Shown: piece by piece, positions 1 to 13,661 of the stretch
Layout of the letters: each line of letters starts with the position of its first letter
Numbering within the stretch: the stretch's first letter is position 1
DNA from: Octopus vulgaris
Lineage: Eukaryota
Direction of reading: 5' to 3'
DNA: 64,000 bases
NCBI GenBank assembly: GCA_951406725.2
Contig: OX597816.1
Location: forward strand, 81,282,001 to 81,346,000
Position numbers and translations under genes: made by a program
Notes under the pieces: generated by a model
Told to the model about the DNA's origin: nothing
What the model saw: only the letters and a program-made list of their open reading frames with translations
Databases searched by the model: none

Positions 1-1828
1 ATACTCATGATAAAATATACATAACTTAAGGAAACAGTAGAATCCATATAAACTAGTAATAGTCTGATACAACAAATAGTAATACAAAATGCTGGGATGA
101 ATTTTTATGTTGAGTGGAAGAGGAAAATTTTTAAATTTCGGGCAAGGTACTTCATCGGAGATAAAGATGGGGTAAGATTTCTGTTCAGAAGACCAGACCT
201 CTCTTCTTCCTGGCTGAATACAAAATTTTTCCACTGTTTGAACTGTTTCTTCATGGCTTACTACTGTGTATCATGAGCAATTTAAGTTGTGTGAGAAAGA
301 TTTCACAAATTTAAATTGTAAAATACTTGTTTTATATTCAAATGTAGTCTTTGATTTATTTAATTCGAAGATATCATCGAATATTGATGATTGATCTGTT
401 GATATTGTTAAGACGTAGGTGACAACTCTAATCGAGAAGACCTATTAACCAAAGATATTCAAGTGGATGCTATCCAACCTCTTTTCAGACATAGTGTATC
501 TATTTCTTTGTCGAGTGTGTTGTCAATATTCTAAAACGGTATGGTGCAATTCCATGACCAGCATTTGCCTGTTATTTCTAACAGGCAAGCCACCACGTAT
601 AGACTCCCTCGTTGACCTATGGAAAAGAGATCAGCACACTGAGTAAAACATAATCCTCAGATGGACAGTTTGGATTGTTTGGTTTTTGTGGAGTAGGGAT
701 TACGATGCTCTGATAAATCTGAGATCTTATTGTTATGATAAGGACTACATTGCTGATCCTAAAAATTAAGTATGAGTAGAAAATAATGAAGTTGTCAGAT
801 AGCGTGATACTTTAAGGAACATTGTAGCAAGAGTCGATAGGTTATCATTAACCCTGTTTAATTTAAGGCTTAGATGACTAAAGTGATGATTCTATAGTAA
901 ATAATTACTAAGGTATAAAACTATATAATTAACGAATCTAACAAAAGAGAGTTCTACGTCATTCGATAAAGATATTTTACTTTTATTACCTGACTTCTTT
1001 TGTCAGTGGAATATCACTAGTTTAGATTTATTGGCATTCAATGAATTAGTTGGAATTGGCTGTCTGAAGCCATTTACTGGCTGACTTAAGCTCAGAATTT
1101 AAGATAATTTCAATTAGTACAATATACATCATATTTAAATAGCTGTGTAACGAAATCATTTGCATAAAATTAGAATAAGAAATTAACCTAAGCCAAATTA
1201 TGACTCACTCTCCTTTTTTCGTTTTTATTCCTTATATATTTCAGTATCGTGTGTGAATACGTATGTCGTTGTAGTGGCGATGTCGTTCCTACTGTTGTTG
1301 TGTAGTCCCAGAGGTCAGCAACGATCGAGATAGTCGACTACAAAGATAGTCGATTACACGATGATGAAGTATTACCCATAGATACATAGTGCGCAAATAT
1401 GCCATACTCGTTCGGTTGCACGCCATACTACACATTCTAACATATAGTTAAATGTATGCGGTGATGTATGATTGCCTGAACATATTGTACTCTTTCCATG
1501 TACAGTCTGTTGTTGTCCAACATTTGTTGTCCCTAAATCAGTTTATATCGGCCAGACCTATCAGCAAAAGAATCCTAGTCAAGACCATCCACACTTATTT
1601 TCAAACTTAGAATTTTTACAAATATGTTGTCTAATATTTTTTGGTCTTGTTCTGTTTTATTTTGGTCGGCAGGGTGAGATTTAAGGGAGGTTTTTAGTTT
1701 TGCAACTATTTCTAGCTCCCTCGTAGACGTTGTCGATAGTCAGAGCAGTGGTAGGTAAGGAGAATTTGGTCCGAATACTACGACTGCTTCAACTCCTCCA
1801 GAATTATTATTAGCATTCAGTAATGATA

Positions 1829-2282
1829 ACTAAAAGTGAACTTGTTACATTGAGTTGTGAGTCTTGGCTGTATTTGGAATATCAAATGTTTACCTTTGAG
1901 GATAGTTTCGGTAACCCGTCTCAAAAGGTGACGCTGCCAGGGATACTTAGCATAGGGATGTAGGGTATCTTTGCATAGCATATAGGTGTGCGGTGTGTAG
2001 TCACAATAACGCATTTGTCAGACAGCCCGATAGGCACAAATACAGCGATGGTTTAGTAGATATTGAGTGAGAATGGGATCTAGAATTTTGAAGAGTTTGT
2101 GTATTTGTGTATCAGTCAAGGATGAGTATGGAATATCAAATTAATTGATGTAGAAAGTTGAGGAATTGAGAATGATTCGGTTTCTGCATCGACATCAACA
2201 GCAAGATGTTTATAGCTAATAAGTGCTCAGGGTGTTGAAGTGATTGAGAACGAGGATTTGGGAAGTGAAGTGAAGTATATGT
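1829..2282 (-). repeat. Dispersed repeat copy, inverted partner of 4111-4594
   Basis: Reverse complement aligns along about 450 bp with 4111-4594 (shared blocks such as GTTCTCAATCACTTCAACAC, GATACACAAATACACAAACTCTTCAAA, CCCTACATCCCTATGC). Roughly 80% identity by eye. Confidence 0.85.
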
Positions 2283-2289
2283 AATCACT

Positions 2290-3650
2290 GCAGAAAGGGA
2301 AATAGTCGAAACTTGTGTGTGTGTGTGAATGTTTATGCTTGTCTGAAGGGAGTCAAAACAGTTTTTAGGATGCTGTTGTAGTGGTGTTATAGATATGTGC
2401 TTCTTAGAGGTTATGTTGCATATAGAGACAAAAAGACTGTTGACACTGAAGTTTGCTGCAGTAACCAACTGTGTCTCTCGCATATCTATATTTTGTGTGT
2501 AAAAGTCTATATATGTGGTCCTGCTGGAGTCTATAATGATTTAGAAGTGTATTGCTGCGTGTTTTTGTAGTTTGTTATGATTTCTCTTTGAGAGACTGAA
2601 AGCCTAAGCAGGACTGCTATACGCCATATTAAATCGAATGCATAACTTCTACACTGACGTTGTTATACATTTCTGTTGGACAAAGTGGCACTTTGTAAGT
2701 CCTGTAAGTATGTTTTTGCGTCGTTTCATAGTTCGTTTATTTGCTTTTACTGTCTTCAACGTGTAAAGAGAATGTCGTGAAGGAGGTGTGTGTAGTTCCT
2801 AGTATTTTTGTTGTTACTGTTGTTGTTGTTTTTCTTCTTCTTCTTCTTCTTCTTCTTCTTCTTCTGCTTGTCTTTAAGTACCACTCATCTCTTCTCTTTA
2901 GGAGTGACGAGTTTACATTATCCGATTTGTAGTTTGATTTGAGATACATTTGACTGCTGTTTCTAGCATATATAGCAACCATGTAGGGTCTCCCATGTGT
3001 GATATTTATGTTTATGAATATGATGGTTGATCATAATTGATATTTTTTGAAGATGAAAGATAATAGCTAAAGCAGATGCCACTTCAAGTCTATTAATTTG
3101 GAGCCAAGTTTCTGGATTGTTGAAGTTGTACAGTAATGTATGAGGGGTGGTGGGAAAATGGAAGAGGTGACTGCGTGCCCTCTGTGTATGAGAGAGTAAG
3201 TTTTGAAAGTGTGTGTGGAGGTTGTATGGGTACAGATTTTAGACATGTTAGATGAGAGAATGCTTGTGACAGTTTATTCGAAAAATGTTGATCTTAGATA
3301 TGCTGCTTATATTGCATAGGTTTAGCGACCCCTAGATAGCTTGCTATCCATGTTTTCTGCTGTTTCATGAGATTTAGATTATTTACATCTATGTGCTAGT
3401 CGGAAGCTAAAATGGAAAGCTTTGCGAATGACAAAGTAGTGTGTATATGGCTGCTTTTGTTGTTCAAGTCGTCACATGTTTTTTTGTAAATAGTGTGGTC
3501 GTTCATTGAAGTTACCTGTGCCAGATTCTGTTTTAGTGTGGAAAATATGCTGGTTAAGGACCCATAAAAGAATTGAAACTGTGCATTTGAGATTACTGAG
3601 CCTTTGAGCTCATACTTCAGTTGAAATTCTGCTAAGCTTTAGAATTTTGA
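2290..3650 (-). mobile_element. Highly degenerate LINE RT fragment (I/Jockey-like)
   Basis: Minus-strand remnants WIASYLGG (cf. WI..YL.GR) and YSSPA*AFSLSKRNHNKLQ (cf. YA.PAW...LS..N..KLQ..QN.ALR). Many stops and frameshifts, and a (GTT/CTT)n tract at about 2810-2865. Confidence 0.5.
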
Positions 3651-4110
3651 TTACTTTTGTCCAGTTTTCATAGTATAAGTATTTGGTTGTGTTGATGCGA
3701 GTAGTTGTTTTTCCAAGACATTTTTAACCCCAAGCCTCACAGAACAGGCATGTAATCAAAGGCATGCACAATTCTCCCTTTTATTGTCTAACAATTTTGA
3801 ACTCTGGCTCAATCCAGATCCTACACAACACTTCTTACTAGCATGAAAACCACATATGCTCTTTCTCTTCGATATACCTATGTTCCAACCGTCATCTATA
3901 CTCCCTTTCTACTCACACTTCGCTCCAAAAATGCGATGTCCCTGCATATGTAAATTCCATTCCTCTCGCCACTGATTTCTCTTTCATTTGAATATCAGCA
4001 ACAAAATTTCCAGTTATTCTGGAATATCTCAATATATCTGCTTTCTCTGCCACTCTGCAAATTTCACCAACTACTAACAAGTTCGACTATATCTCTTTCT
4101 ACGTTAAGGA

Positions 4111-4594
4111 AATATACCTCATTTTACTTCTCAAGTCCTCGTTCTCAATCACTTCAACACTCTGAGCACTTGTTAGCGATAAGCATCATGCTGCCGCTGT
4201 CGATGTAGATACAGAATCTTTCCCATTTCCTCAACTTACTACATCAATTAATTTAATACTCCATACTCATCCTTAAGTGATACACAAATACACAAACTCT
4301 TCAAAGTTCTTAATCACTCTCTCACCCAATATTTACTAAACCATCACTGTCTTTGTGCCTATCAGGCTGACAAATGCATTATTGTGACTACCCACCACAC
4401 ACCTACATACTATGCAAAGATGCCCTACATCCCTATGCAAAGTATCCCTAGCAGAGTCACCTTTTCAGACGGGTTACTGAAACTATTTTGCTGTGTCTAG
4501 GGAGAGTCATTATGCCAACATATCCTCTGAGGTAAACAATCGATATTCCAAACACAACCAAGGCTCACAACCCTATGTCTAAGTTCACTTATAG
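4111..4594 (+). repeat. Dispersed repeat copy, inverted partner of 1829-2282
   Basis: See 1829-2282. This copy has an extra block of about 35 bp near 4487-4522, bounded by TAT microhomology. Confidence 0.85.
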
Positions 4595-5029
4595 CTGCGC
4601 AGTCTATGGCGTTTAGAGGACATTGCTAATCCCTATAAACTAGTTGACTCTTACTCAGAATCCCAACTCCTCAAGATCCATCATCCGAACACGAATAGTA
4701 CCTCCGTTTATCAAACCATATGCTAACCTTCCCGTTTTCCAACCGGTATCCCATTGTTTTAGTTTATTGACAAAAGGCTCAATACCAACTATGTGGAATT
4801 ATCCTCCTCGTCTCCAATTCTCAAAACCAACGATGGTTCTGTAAGAAGTACATCTTCAGAGGTTTCCACATTTGCTGTTCGTTTTACATCTAACTACACA
4901 CTACAAACCATAAATATATTTCCTGCAAAACTATGTCTTTTTACCTCACCAGTATTACAATCAACGTACACACATATGCCAAATACGAATCAACAAGGTC
5001 ATCGGACCTAACAATTTCCCTTTTTATTT

Positions 5030-6340
5030 CCTAACTATTGGCTCTAGAACTACCTAATATCATCACCAAATTCGATCTCTTTCTTTCTCTCCCGGGATCA
5101 ATTCAAATCTTTACAAACATTGCATTGCGTCCTATTCATAAGAAGTGCAATCCCTTTGACCCTGCTAGCTTCTCTCAATCGCAATTACTTCCAGCATATC
5201 AAAGCTTTTGGAGACAATCATTAACAGCAACCTCCATCATTTGAATCTCTTCACTCCCTTAATGATCATCAATATGGCTCTTTTAAACCCAGCTTTACTG
5301 CTCTCCTATGTCATTCTCCTGTGAGATTTCGCCCACTAGAAATTTTGTGAAAGTAATTTTGTAAAAGTAATTGACCTCAATATCAGCAAAATTTCTGATC
5401 GTGGTCGGCAGGCGAATCTCCTTGCAAAACTGTTTGCCTTTTAAAAACTGGTTCTATGCGTCTCTAGTCTCAATGATCAGTGGTTTCCTGTCAGTTCGCA
5501 CCATGCGCTGATGGATCTCTCTCTGACCCCATTCTGTCAACCTTAGAATGCGCCCACACACTTTCTTCTACACATGAACGGTTCACTTACCAACCCACTC
5601 CTATGCAAACAATGCGTTAATTCTTTCTTAACTTTCTGCACACATGCAATCTGGTGACTTCGCGCCAGACCGGTACTGGCTAAAGGAGAAATATTAAAAC
5701 GTCCTCTAATGGAGCCATGCCAAAATTGTCTCCTTTACTGGACATCTCAATCATTGCACATATCAAGAAGATATATTCGAATGGCACCATCACCAGCCTA
5801 AACATAAGCTGCACACAACTAGTACTTTCATTATCGCTTCAAATTCTAGACCTCATCATCACTGAAACTCTCGCCTGACTAACCCACAACCCTATCATAG
5901 CAAAAACTGTATCTCAAAATTTCGCCTTCCTCTTTACAGCCAGAAAATACTTTATCTCCAACAACTACTAATTCTCTACAATACACAGGGCAGGGGACGG
6001 CCGTATGGATGTCTTAGACTACATCCGAAGAAAGGCCCTTTTACTGATTAGCTCATTAGTACACTCCAATCTCTATCCCACAGATGTAATATCCTTTCCT
6101 TCAATTCCTTCTATTTTATCACGGTTGTTCCTGCTTTTCAGAACTGACTGGTTTCGTACCACATTCACTCGTCACTTCTCCTCTGGTCAACTCCATTTTT
6201 TCCCCCTCCCTCGAACTCATTCTATCAACTACATGCATTCCTTTCTTGTCGCAACGCGAGCCATCTGCAATTCTTCTTTGCACATCTTTTTCCTGCAACT
6301 GCCTAGAGGTAGAACATTAACGAAGTCATTCATATAGATT
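5030..6340 (+). mobile_element. Degenerate CR1/L2-group LINE reverse transcriptase and C-terminus
   Basis: Ordered remnant motifs ALELPNIITKF..PIHKKCNPFDPASF (cf. PIPKKGD..DP.NYRPI), SKLLETIIN, LNDHQYG, IDLNISKISDR...LLAKL (cf. LDISKAFDRVWH), PHTFF, then LDYIRRKALLLI...YMHSFLVATRAICNS (cf. SFFPRT..LWNSL). Confidence 0.8.
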
Positions 6341-7779
6341 TTGGATGGAGTATGAAGGCCATAAAAAACAGCCGCTTCCTCCAGATTAAAATATTAAAAA
6401 AAAAATATGCACTTCTTTTCTAAGATAGTATGGGGTTTGATAGAGATTTGACTACTATTTCTAGAGGGTCAAACAACCGCATAGAGTCTCTCTCATTGAT
6501 TTGTTGCTCCAATAGTTTTAGATGTTTAGTGACTAAAGGGCAGTATATTTTATGTATATGATGTAATTTTGTCTGACCTTAGAGGTTTTCCATTTAAGAT
6601 TTCCTTATAGCTTTTCTGGTGTGTTGTAGAAGAAAGTGTTCGCAGTCATTATCAATGTGGAAGGTGTGTATTTTACATTTTTGTGTTCCTTTCTTCTGCA
6701 TGTATTTTCCGAAAGTATTTGCTAAGGATATTTGCTTGTTGCTGGATCATTGCGTGTTATCTGAAGTTGTTATTATGAGATATGATATGATGCGGTCATT
6801 AATGATTTTGCATGGTATCTAACTGTTTAGGGTTTTGTGTTAGATACAAATGTTTAACGGTTCTATATTTATCACAGGCTTATTTTATGATATTTCCTTG
6901 TTCAGTTACCTGGGGGCTGAGTTTCATTTCGGTTATGTGTGGTGTTAATGTATTGCTTTTAGTTTGTTTGTTTTTTTATCAAGGTAGCTATTTCAATTGT
7001 GTAATTGAGGTTGTATGTTTTATGTTGCCTTTTGGGATTTTTTTATAGCTTCAAGCGTCTTTAATTCATGTACATGAATGTAGCACATACATTCAACAAG
7101 CCAATAGGTGTCCATACTTGATTGTAGCAAATACATTCAAATACATGGACACGTATTGTTTATGAGTAGTTTGCGTATGCAATAAATACCATGATACTAA
7201 AGTTTTCACGAATAATCTGATAGTGTACATTGTCAAAAACTTTCACTAAATCTTCCGGCACAAAGAGACGTGACATTATAGTCAATGTCTAAGGGAGATA
7301 ATTTATTCAACAAAGTTTTCTTTCAATAAAATATATAAAAGCATTCTAAAAGTATAAAAATTACTCATACGAAAATTATTACATCTTTTCTCTATAATTT
7401 AGGAAATTCTGCATCGATAGAAAGAAAGTGCCTACTCCAAACTCAGAGGAAATCATTGAAAAAGTAAAACTGAATTAACTGTAAGAGAAATTTATTTACA
7501 GAATGTGAAGTTCAAATCTAATCTAAAAGGAAATAGACATACTTTTTTTATATAATGGATGCACCAATGATCGTAAAATACTCTACTTGTCGATCTGTAT
7601 TGAAAGGCCAACAGTTGTGTGTGCGTGTGTTGGTTTGATTTAGTTTTTTATTCCTTTATTCAAATTGTTCTGAATTCGTATTACATTGCAAAAGAAAGAA
7701 ATAAACAAATTACTTTGCAACGGAAACACTACCAAACGGATGACATCTGGTGTTCCTTAAAATTAGCTCCACTTATCTA

Positions 7780-7781
<2 letters not shown>

Positions 7782-7837
<56 letters not shown>
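7782..7837. repeat. (TA)n microsatellite, representative of many (e.g. 8180-8237, 19495-19541, 19890-19975 TA/GA, 20813-20908, 55511-55607)
   Basis: Direct reading. Confidence 0.95.
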
Positions 7838-7840
<3 letters not shown>

Positions 7841-8187
7841 TAGTGCTTCTTTATTGTTCTGTTGAGAAATCTACATCATTAAATAAATAAATAAATAAAT
7901 AAATAAATGCAATTTCAACGAACTGACTGGTCGTGGTCGGAACTATCATGGTGAGTGTTAACATGAAACCGTATGCTTCAAATTTAACCTCAGCACAGAT
8001 GTAATATAATGATATTTTATGGCCTTCATCATCTAATTTTCTCGCTGATAAAAGTCTCAGGAAAAAAAGTACAACTTTTGCTGTTAACAAGTGTTGAGAT
8101 AAGTGTTTTAGTGTGAATAGTTATGCTGAGAATATTACTGTAATCCTTTCTAAAATAATATATATTCACATACACATGGATATATAT

Positions 8188-8239
<52 letters not shown>

Positions 8240-10049
8240 ATATGCGTGCTTGTATGTATGTTCTCTTCATGATTAAATTTATGGTGTTCATTTTGACCCG
8301 CTGCCTTTTTGGTGACAAGGTTCTAAAGTGAATACGGAAAAAAAGGCTTTTCTTGTTCTTTTCGTTATCTTACGTAAATATTCACTCATTACATTTTAAG
8401 GCTTCCCATATTAGCTGCTTGTTTCCACAACAGAGAATATTTTCATTTTGTGGTCCCGAACAGTTTCTTTTAATTTGGTTGCTGTTTGTATTTTTAGATT
8501 TTAGCAACATTCTTTTGATCCGTCGGCTTCAATATGTTCCTCTATATTGGTTGTTTTTATTCCTTTTTGTATTTTCGTTACAAATTGCTCTGACTGCTAC
8601 ATCATATCTAATAAAATATTAGTATCCCAAAGACAATCTCTCACAGTCGCAATGATATGGCTCTGTTTTTAACTTTGTTTTTAATACACTGCGTTTGTTA
8701 TCGTTTGTCTTTTGAGTAAAGGTACTTAGTGGGAATTTTTTTTTTCCTGGGTAGTATAGAGATAAACATAAAGTGGAATGTTATGCGTATAAGGATACAA
8801 TATCAGAGACACTTCGTAGTTTTATTTTGGTTTTCTTTTTTCGTTAGTTTTAAGTGCTCATATAGAACTTCTAAGTAAACTGGTTTATACATTATGTAGG
8901 TCTTTCTTATCCAATAGTTTGTTTTTCTAAAAGCAAAGTTGCTGTTCTCAAACCAAGAATCAAAGGTTCACTCGTACTAATTTTGGCGATCATAACTACA
9001 TGTATTGAATTACATACTGAACAATAGAAAGTCTCTCATATTTTTCAATATTCTATATACAGATTGAATTTGCAAAACAGATATCAAGGCCCGCAGTTTG
9101 TTTATTTGAGAACCCCGACTTAATCTGTAAGGATTTATGTTCTTGCTCTTTTGATCCTTTGAACTCTATGTTACTGTAGCAGATTGTTTCTAATTAAGAA
9201 AAAAGCTCTATCATCGGCATTTTGAAAACATGAAAGGAAAACTACTAATGCATATTTTTAAAGTTACGCTTACAAACTGAAATTGTAGATTATATGTAAG
9301 ATGATATCTTTCTTTGCTTGAAGACTCAAACGTTTCAACATTCAATAACTAACCAAATGCACCAATTATTACAGATATAATTATATTTATATGATACAGA
9401 CAGAGAAACTGCAGATTACGAAGCATTTGAGCATAAATGTTTTCGTTCACTCTGCTGTTGACTGAATCGTTCACACCCGTTTGACAGCTAACTTCCCCAA
9501 CGGCGCACAGTTTTTATTTTCTGTTCCGAACAATTATGTCAAGCCTGCCAGGTAGTTTTGTAGAACCGAAATACAAACTCAAGATCGTGGAAGTAACACC
9601 CTAACCAGTGGCTCACGCGCCTATTGATGTGTTTGTTCGTGTGCGAGCGTGTGTTTGTATGTGCGCACGCGAGGGTGTGGATGTTTGTATTTATGTATGT
9701 ATATATATTTTTAAGAGGCTGAAAAGTTATGCAAATAACTGTTGACTGAAGGGTTGAGAGTGTCGTGTCTGTTTGCCTGCGTGTCTGTTTGTATTTGGAG
9801 AATGTCAAAACAAATTACCGATGAAACCAATAAAGGACATATATGTTTGTACTTATATTTACGATGCATAAAGCCCCACAGGACATTGGCAGTAATAGAA
9901 GTAACAAGTTATCATTCACCGAATTACAGCCACAAACGAAATTGATCTCATCATTATTAACCAAAGAAACACGTCGACTTTACAGAACTATTTATAGCAA
10001 AGTTCTCTGCATAATTAAAATTATATCTAACTATATTCCACTCGCATAA

Positions 10050-10666
10050 GGCGGCGAGCTGCCAGAAACGTTAGCACGCCGGGCGAAATGTTTAGCAGTA
10101 TTTCGTCTGCCGCTACGTTCTGAGTTCAAATTCCGCCAAGGTCGACTTTGCCTTTCGGGGTCGATTAGATAAGTACCAGTTACGCACTGGGGTCGAAATA
10201 ATCGACTTAATCCGTTTGTCTGTCCTCTCTGTGTTTAACCCCTTGTGGGTAGTAAAGAAATAGGTATTTCGTCTGCCGCTACGTTCTGAGTTCAAATTCC
10301 GCCGAGGTCGACTTTGCCTTTCATCCTTTCGGGGTCGATAAATTAAGTACCAGTTACGCAATGGGCCGATATAATCGCCTTAATCCGTTTGTCTGTCTTT
10401 GTTTGTCCTCTCTGTGTTTATCCCCTTGTAGGTAGTAAAGAAATGGGTATTTCGTCTGTTTTTACGTTCTGAGTTCAATTTCCGCCGATGTCGACTTTGC
10501 CTTTCATCCTTTCGGGGTCGATAAATTAAGTACCAGTTACGCACTGGGGTCGATGTAATTGACTTAATCCCTTTGTCTGTCCTTGTTTGTCCCCTCTATG
10601 TTTAGCCCCTTGTGGGCAATAAAGAAATAAAAAAAAACATTAGCACGCCAGGCGAAATGCTTACCA
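10050..10666 (+). mobile_element. tRNA-derived SINE with Meta-type central domain, internal unit triplicated
   Basis: Head GGCGGCGAGCTG..AGAAACGTTAGCAC, B-box-like GAGTTCAAATTCC and core GCCTTTCATCCTTTCGGGGTCGATAAATTAAGTACCAG. Units start at 10098, 10264 and 10447. Confidence 0.85.
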
Positions 10667-10699
10667 CCAAAAGTTTGCAAAACATAAAAGCCCAAACCA

Positions 10700-10907
10700 T
10701 TCACTTCACGCCACTAATTACAACTCAAAGAACCCTTCAGCCTGCCCTATGAACAGAAGTAGTCTCATAAGCAACAGTATCTGTTGCAAGGACTTAAACA
10801 CCAAACACAGCCACATAAAGGAGAAACCAGAACAAACCAGTAGAAAATATGATGCAACCAACATATGAATACTCGAAACACAAGCACAAAAATGACACTT
10901 CACTACG

Positions 10908-10938
<31 letters not shown>

Positions 10939-11125
10939 GGACACTAAAGTTTTAAAATGTCACACTCAGCATAAACTGAAAAATATTGTACTAAGCAAAC
11001 AACAAACGCTTCTAACTCTGTACCTCTGACTCCCACCAGTTTCTTTTCTATAAGATTGAAATACTGAACTGCGACTCTGAGTTAGTCTCTTCTTAGAAGC
11101 ACCAAATCTTCAAATCTCTAAGACA
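10700..11125 (+). mobile_element. Penelope-like element GIY-YIG endonuclease remnant
   Basis: ACPMNRSSLISNSIC (cf. CPL.G.CL...VIY), KHKNDTSLRKYI(TA expansion)WTLK (cf. T.LSKYIW.LK) and ILNCDSELVSS*KH (cf. LLN.RSEL.S.CRH). Confidence 0.6.
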
Positions 11126-11281
11126 TTTCAAACTCTTCACTGTACCATTCTATCCATCCACACCCTACAAACACATACTTTCCTTCTAACCTCTTATATT
11201 CTCCACTTCTTATACAGCTACTTCTATTTACCTACGCCTCACCTAATTATCATCACACTGCTTCACCTGACAAAAAGAGAA

Positions 11282-11347
11282 TAATGATGATGATGATGAT
11301 GATGATGATGACGATGAGGATGAGGATGATGTTGATGATAATAATAA

Positions 11348-11400
<53 letters not shown>

Positions 11401-11401
11401 A
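11282..11401. repeat. Compound (GAT)n/(AAT)n/(TAG)n microsatellite
   Basis: Direct reading. Confidence 0.95.
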
Positions 11402-11764
11402 TCTGCCAACGACTATATGAAGCCAAAACGAATCCAAAGGTCTCATGGAGGTGAGCATGACGAAACGAAGTCACTGTTAGCTTTTTCCTCGTAAATTTTC
11501 ATTAATATGAACTTTTTATAGGCTATATAGGAAGCATCTACACATTTTACAAAATGCTTGAAATAGTGTCCAAATCCCCTACAAATTTTCCCCAAACATC
11601 ATCCTGCAGTAAAAAAAAAAAACATGCTTTTGATATGTTTCGACTAAAAGACAAATTGATCCTGATTACTTTGATCAAAGTTCAACATTGCCTAAACAAC
11701 GTCTCACATTTTCGTATCTTTAATTTTCAAGAGGTTTGCATATATGTTGTGTATGTGTGTATGT

Positions 11765-11809
<45 letters not shown>

Positions 11810-12277
11810 CGTGTGCTATGTTTATGAGTGTGGGTTTATGGGTGTGTATTCCTTAGTATCTATTTGAGCGAGCATTTACAAATGTATCAATGCCTTTGGC
11901 GTGTGTGCTTCTCACATATTCTTTCTGCGTGTAAAACATGTTTAAGTCTCCGACATTGACTGTTCTGAACCAGTTATATATTTTTACTATTCTGTTTTTC
12001 ACTGTACAGCACTCATTAACCACAATTTTTACGTATGTTGACCGTCAAGAACACAATGGTTTTGTGAAAAAACAATGTGGTTACATCTATAACAACATTG
12101 GATAAGTGTATTATGGCCATGGTGCGACTTCCGGTAAGGGAAGAAATTGATGTTCGTAAGTATGTTATGCGATGTTTTCTTTTCGTAAGAACAGGGTGGT
12201 CTGTTCTTATCTCTATATAAAAGAGCTTTATTATAGCGATTCCAGCGATGTGTGAGAAGAGTACATATGTCAGTTTT

Positions 12278-12461
12278 CTGTGTATGTGCGTCTGTGTGTT
12301 ACGATGTGTGTGTGTGTGTATGTTATATGTGTGTTGGCGTGTGTGTGTGTGTGTGTATAACACACAGTCATATGCACACATATATGATATATATAGATAT
12401 ATATGTATATGTGTGTGCTTATGTTCTTTGTGCTTTGATGCTTCATTTGTGTGAAACCGTG

Positions 12462-12501
<40 letters not shown>

Positions 12502-12618
12502 GTGTGTGTGTGTGTTTGTGTGTGTTTGTGTGTGTGTGTGTGCGTGTGTGTGTGTGCGTGTGTGTGTGTTTGTATGTGTGTGTTTGCATGTGTGCGTGTG
12601 TGTGTGTGTGCATGTGTG
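12278..12618. repeat. Imperfect (TG)n microsatellite block
   Basis: Direct reading. It explains the His-Thr and Cys-Val pseudo-ORFs. Confidence 0.95.
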
Positions 12619-13661
12619 AAAAGAGAAAGAGAAGGCGACGCATAAGTACATTTGTGCGTATATGTATAACATTTTGTTTCGCAGTATATATGCATTTCAG
12701 TCTCGAGTACCGGCTCTTCTAACACTGTATGTGAGTATATGTTAATACATGTGAGCGTAGAATAGCATGTGAAATAGTATAATATTGTTTTGGCTTACGG
12801 ATATATAGGTATTTGGATTTCTGTTCCTCTGTAATGTGAGAGCGGGTGCATATGTGTGAGTGTGTGTGCCCACATTTCTACTACTGTAAGTTTTGTACGT
12901 GTCAGTATGTGTGCTTGGGAGTAGATGTAACCTCATTATTATTGCTGTGTTATCTTTCTATTTAAGACTTTCGCTGTTCAAGGCGCCACCACAATATTTT
13001 CCAGCAGTATATAGCACGGCTTTGTAAATAACAGTTCGTTAAAAATATAGCTATCTCTATCCTGCGGTGAGAAAAATTTGTTTATCGTATTTAACTGAAT
13101 GCTGATGGGGCTATAACATCAACCTTACCCCCATATAGTATTTTGCATATATGTATACACATTTATGAATGCATACATATATGCGTACATATATTCATGA
13201 ATACATATATAACTATATATCTAGTGCATCATTTTCTATGAAAGAGCTTTGTTTCTGCGTTATAAATTGGCTCTGTCACAACTGGTAAAAAAAAATTTAG
13301 AAATATTAAAGGTATAGAAATCTCAGGTTAACATAAGAAAATAGCTAAATATATTTCAATTAACTTACAAACTATCTGTCGGCTCACCACCACAGAAGCA
13401 GCAAAATTGGTCACGCCGAAAAAAAACCACGCTCACAGCAACACCAAACAACTAAAAATCATTTCAGGATGACAGCAGTCCTCCGACACACGGACGGACA
13501 CAAAAAGACACGACCGGCTGGTCAGAAGATAAAGCAACATCCTTCCCAGATACAAACCGGAAGTGATCCACCACCGACATGCCTCAAAACCAAAACTAAA
13601 CAATGACATAACAACAAACTTATCGGTGAAGATAACAAATAAAATCAGAAGTACATACATA

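Noticed and set aside
128-161. Hammerhead-like CCGAUGA...GAAAUUUA on the minus strand
   Set aside because: Stems I and II barely pair. It may be a decayed fifteenth copy but is not supportable as a feature.
10098-10630. Regularly repeated units resembling a CRISPR or other array
   Set aside because: Whole units of about 183 bp repeat with no unique spacers, and they are SINE internal modules in eukaryotic DNA.
12016-12725. Longest ORFs (218 aa and 151 aa, His/Thr-rich)
   Set aside because: They are translations of (CA)n microsatellite.
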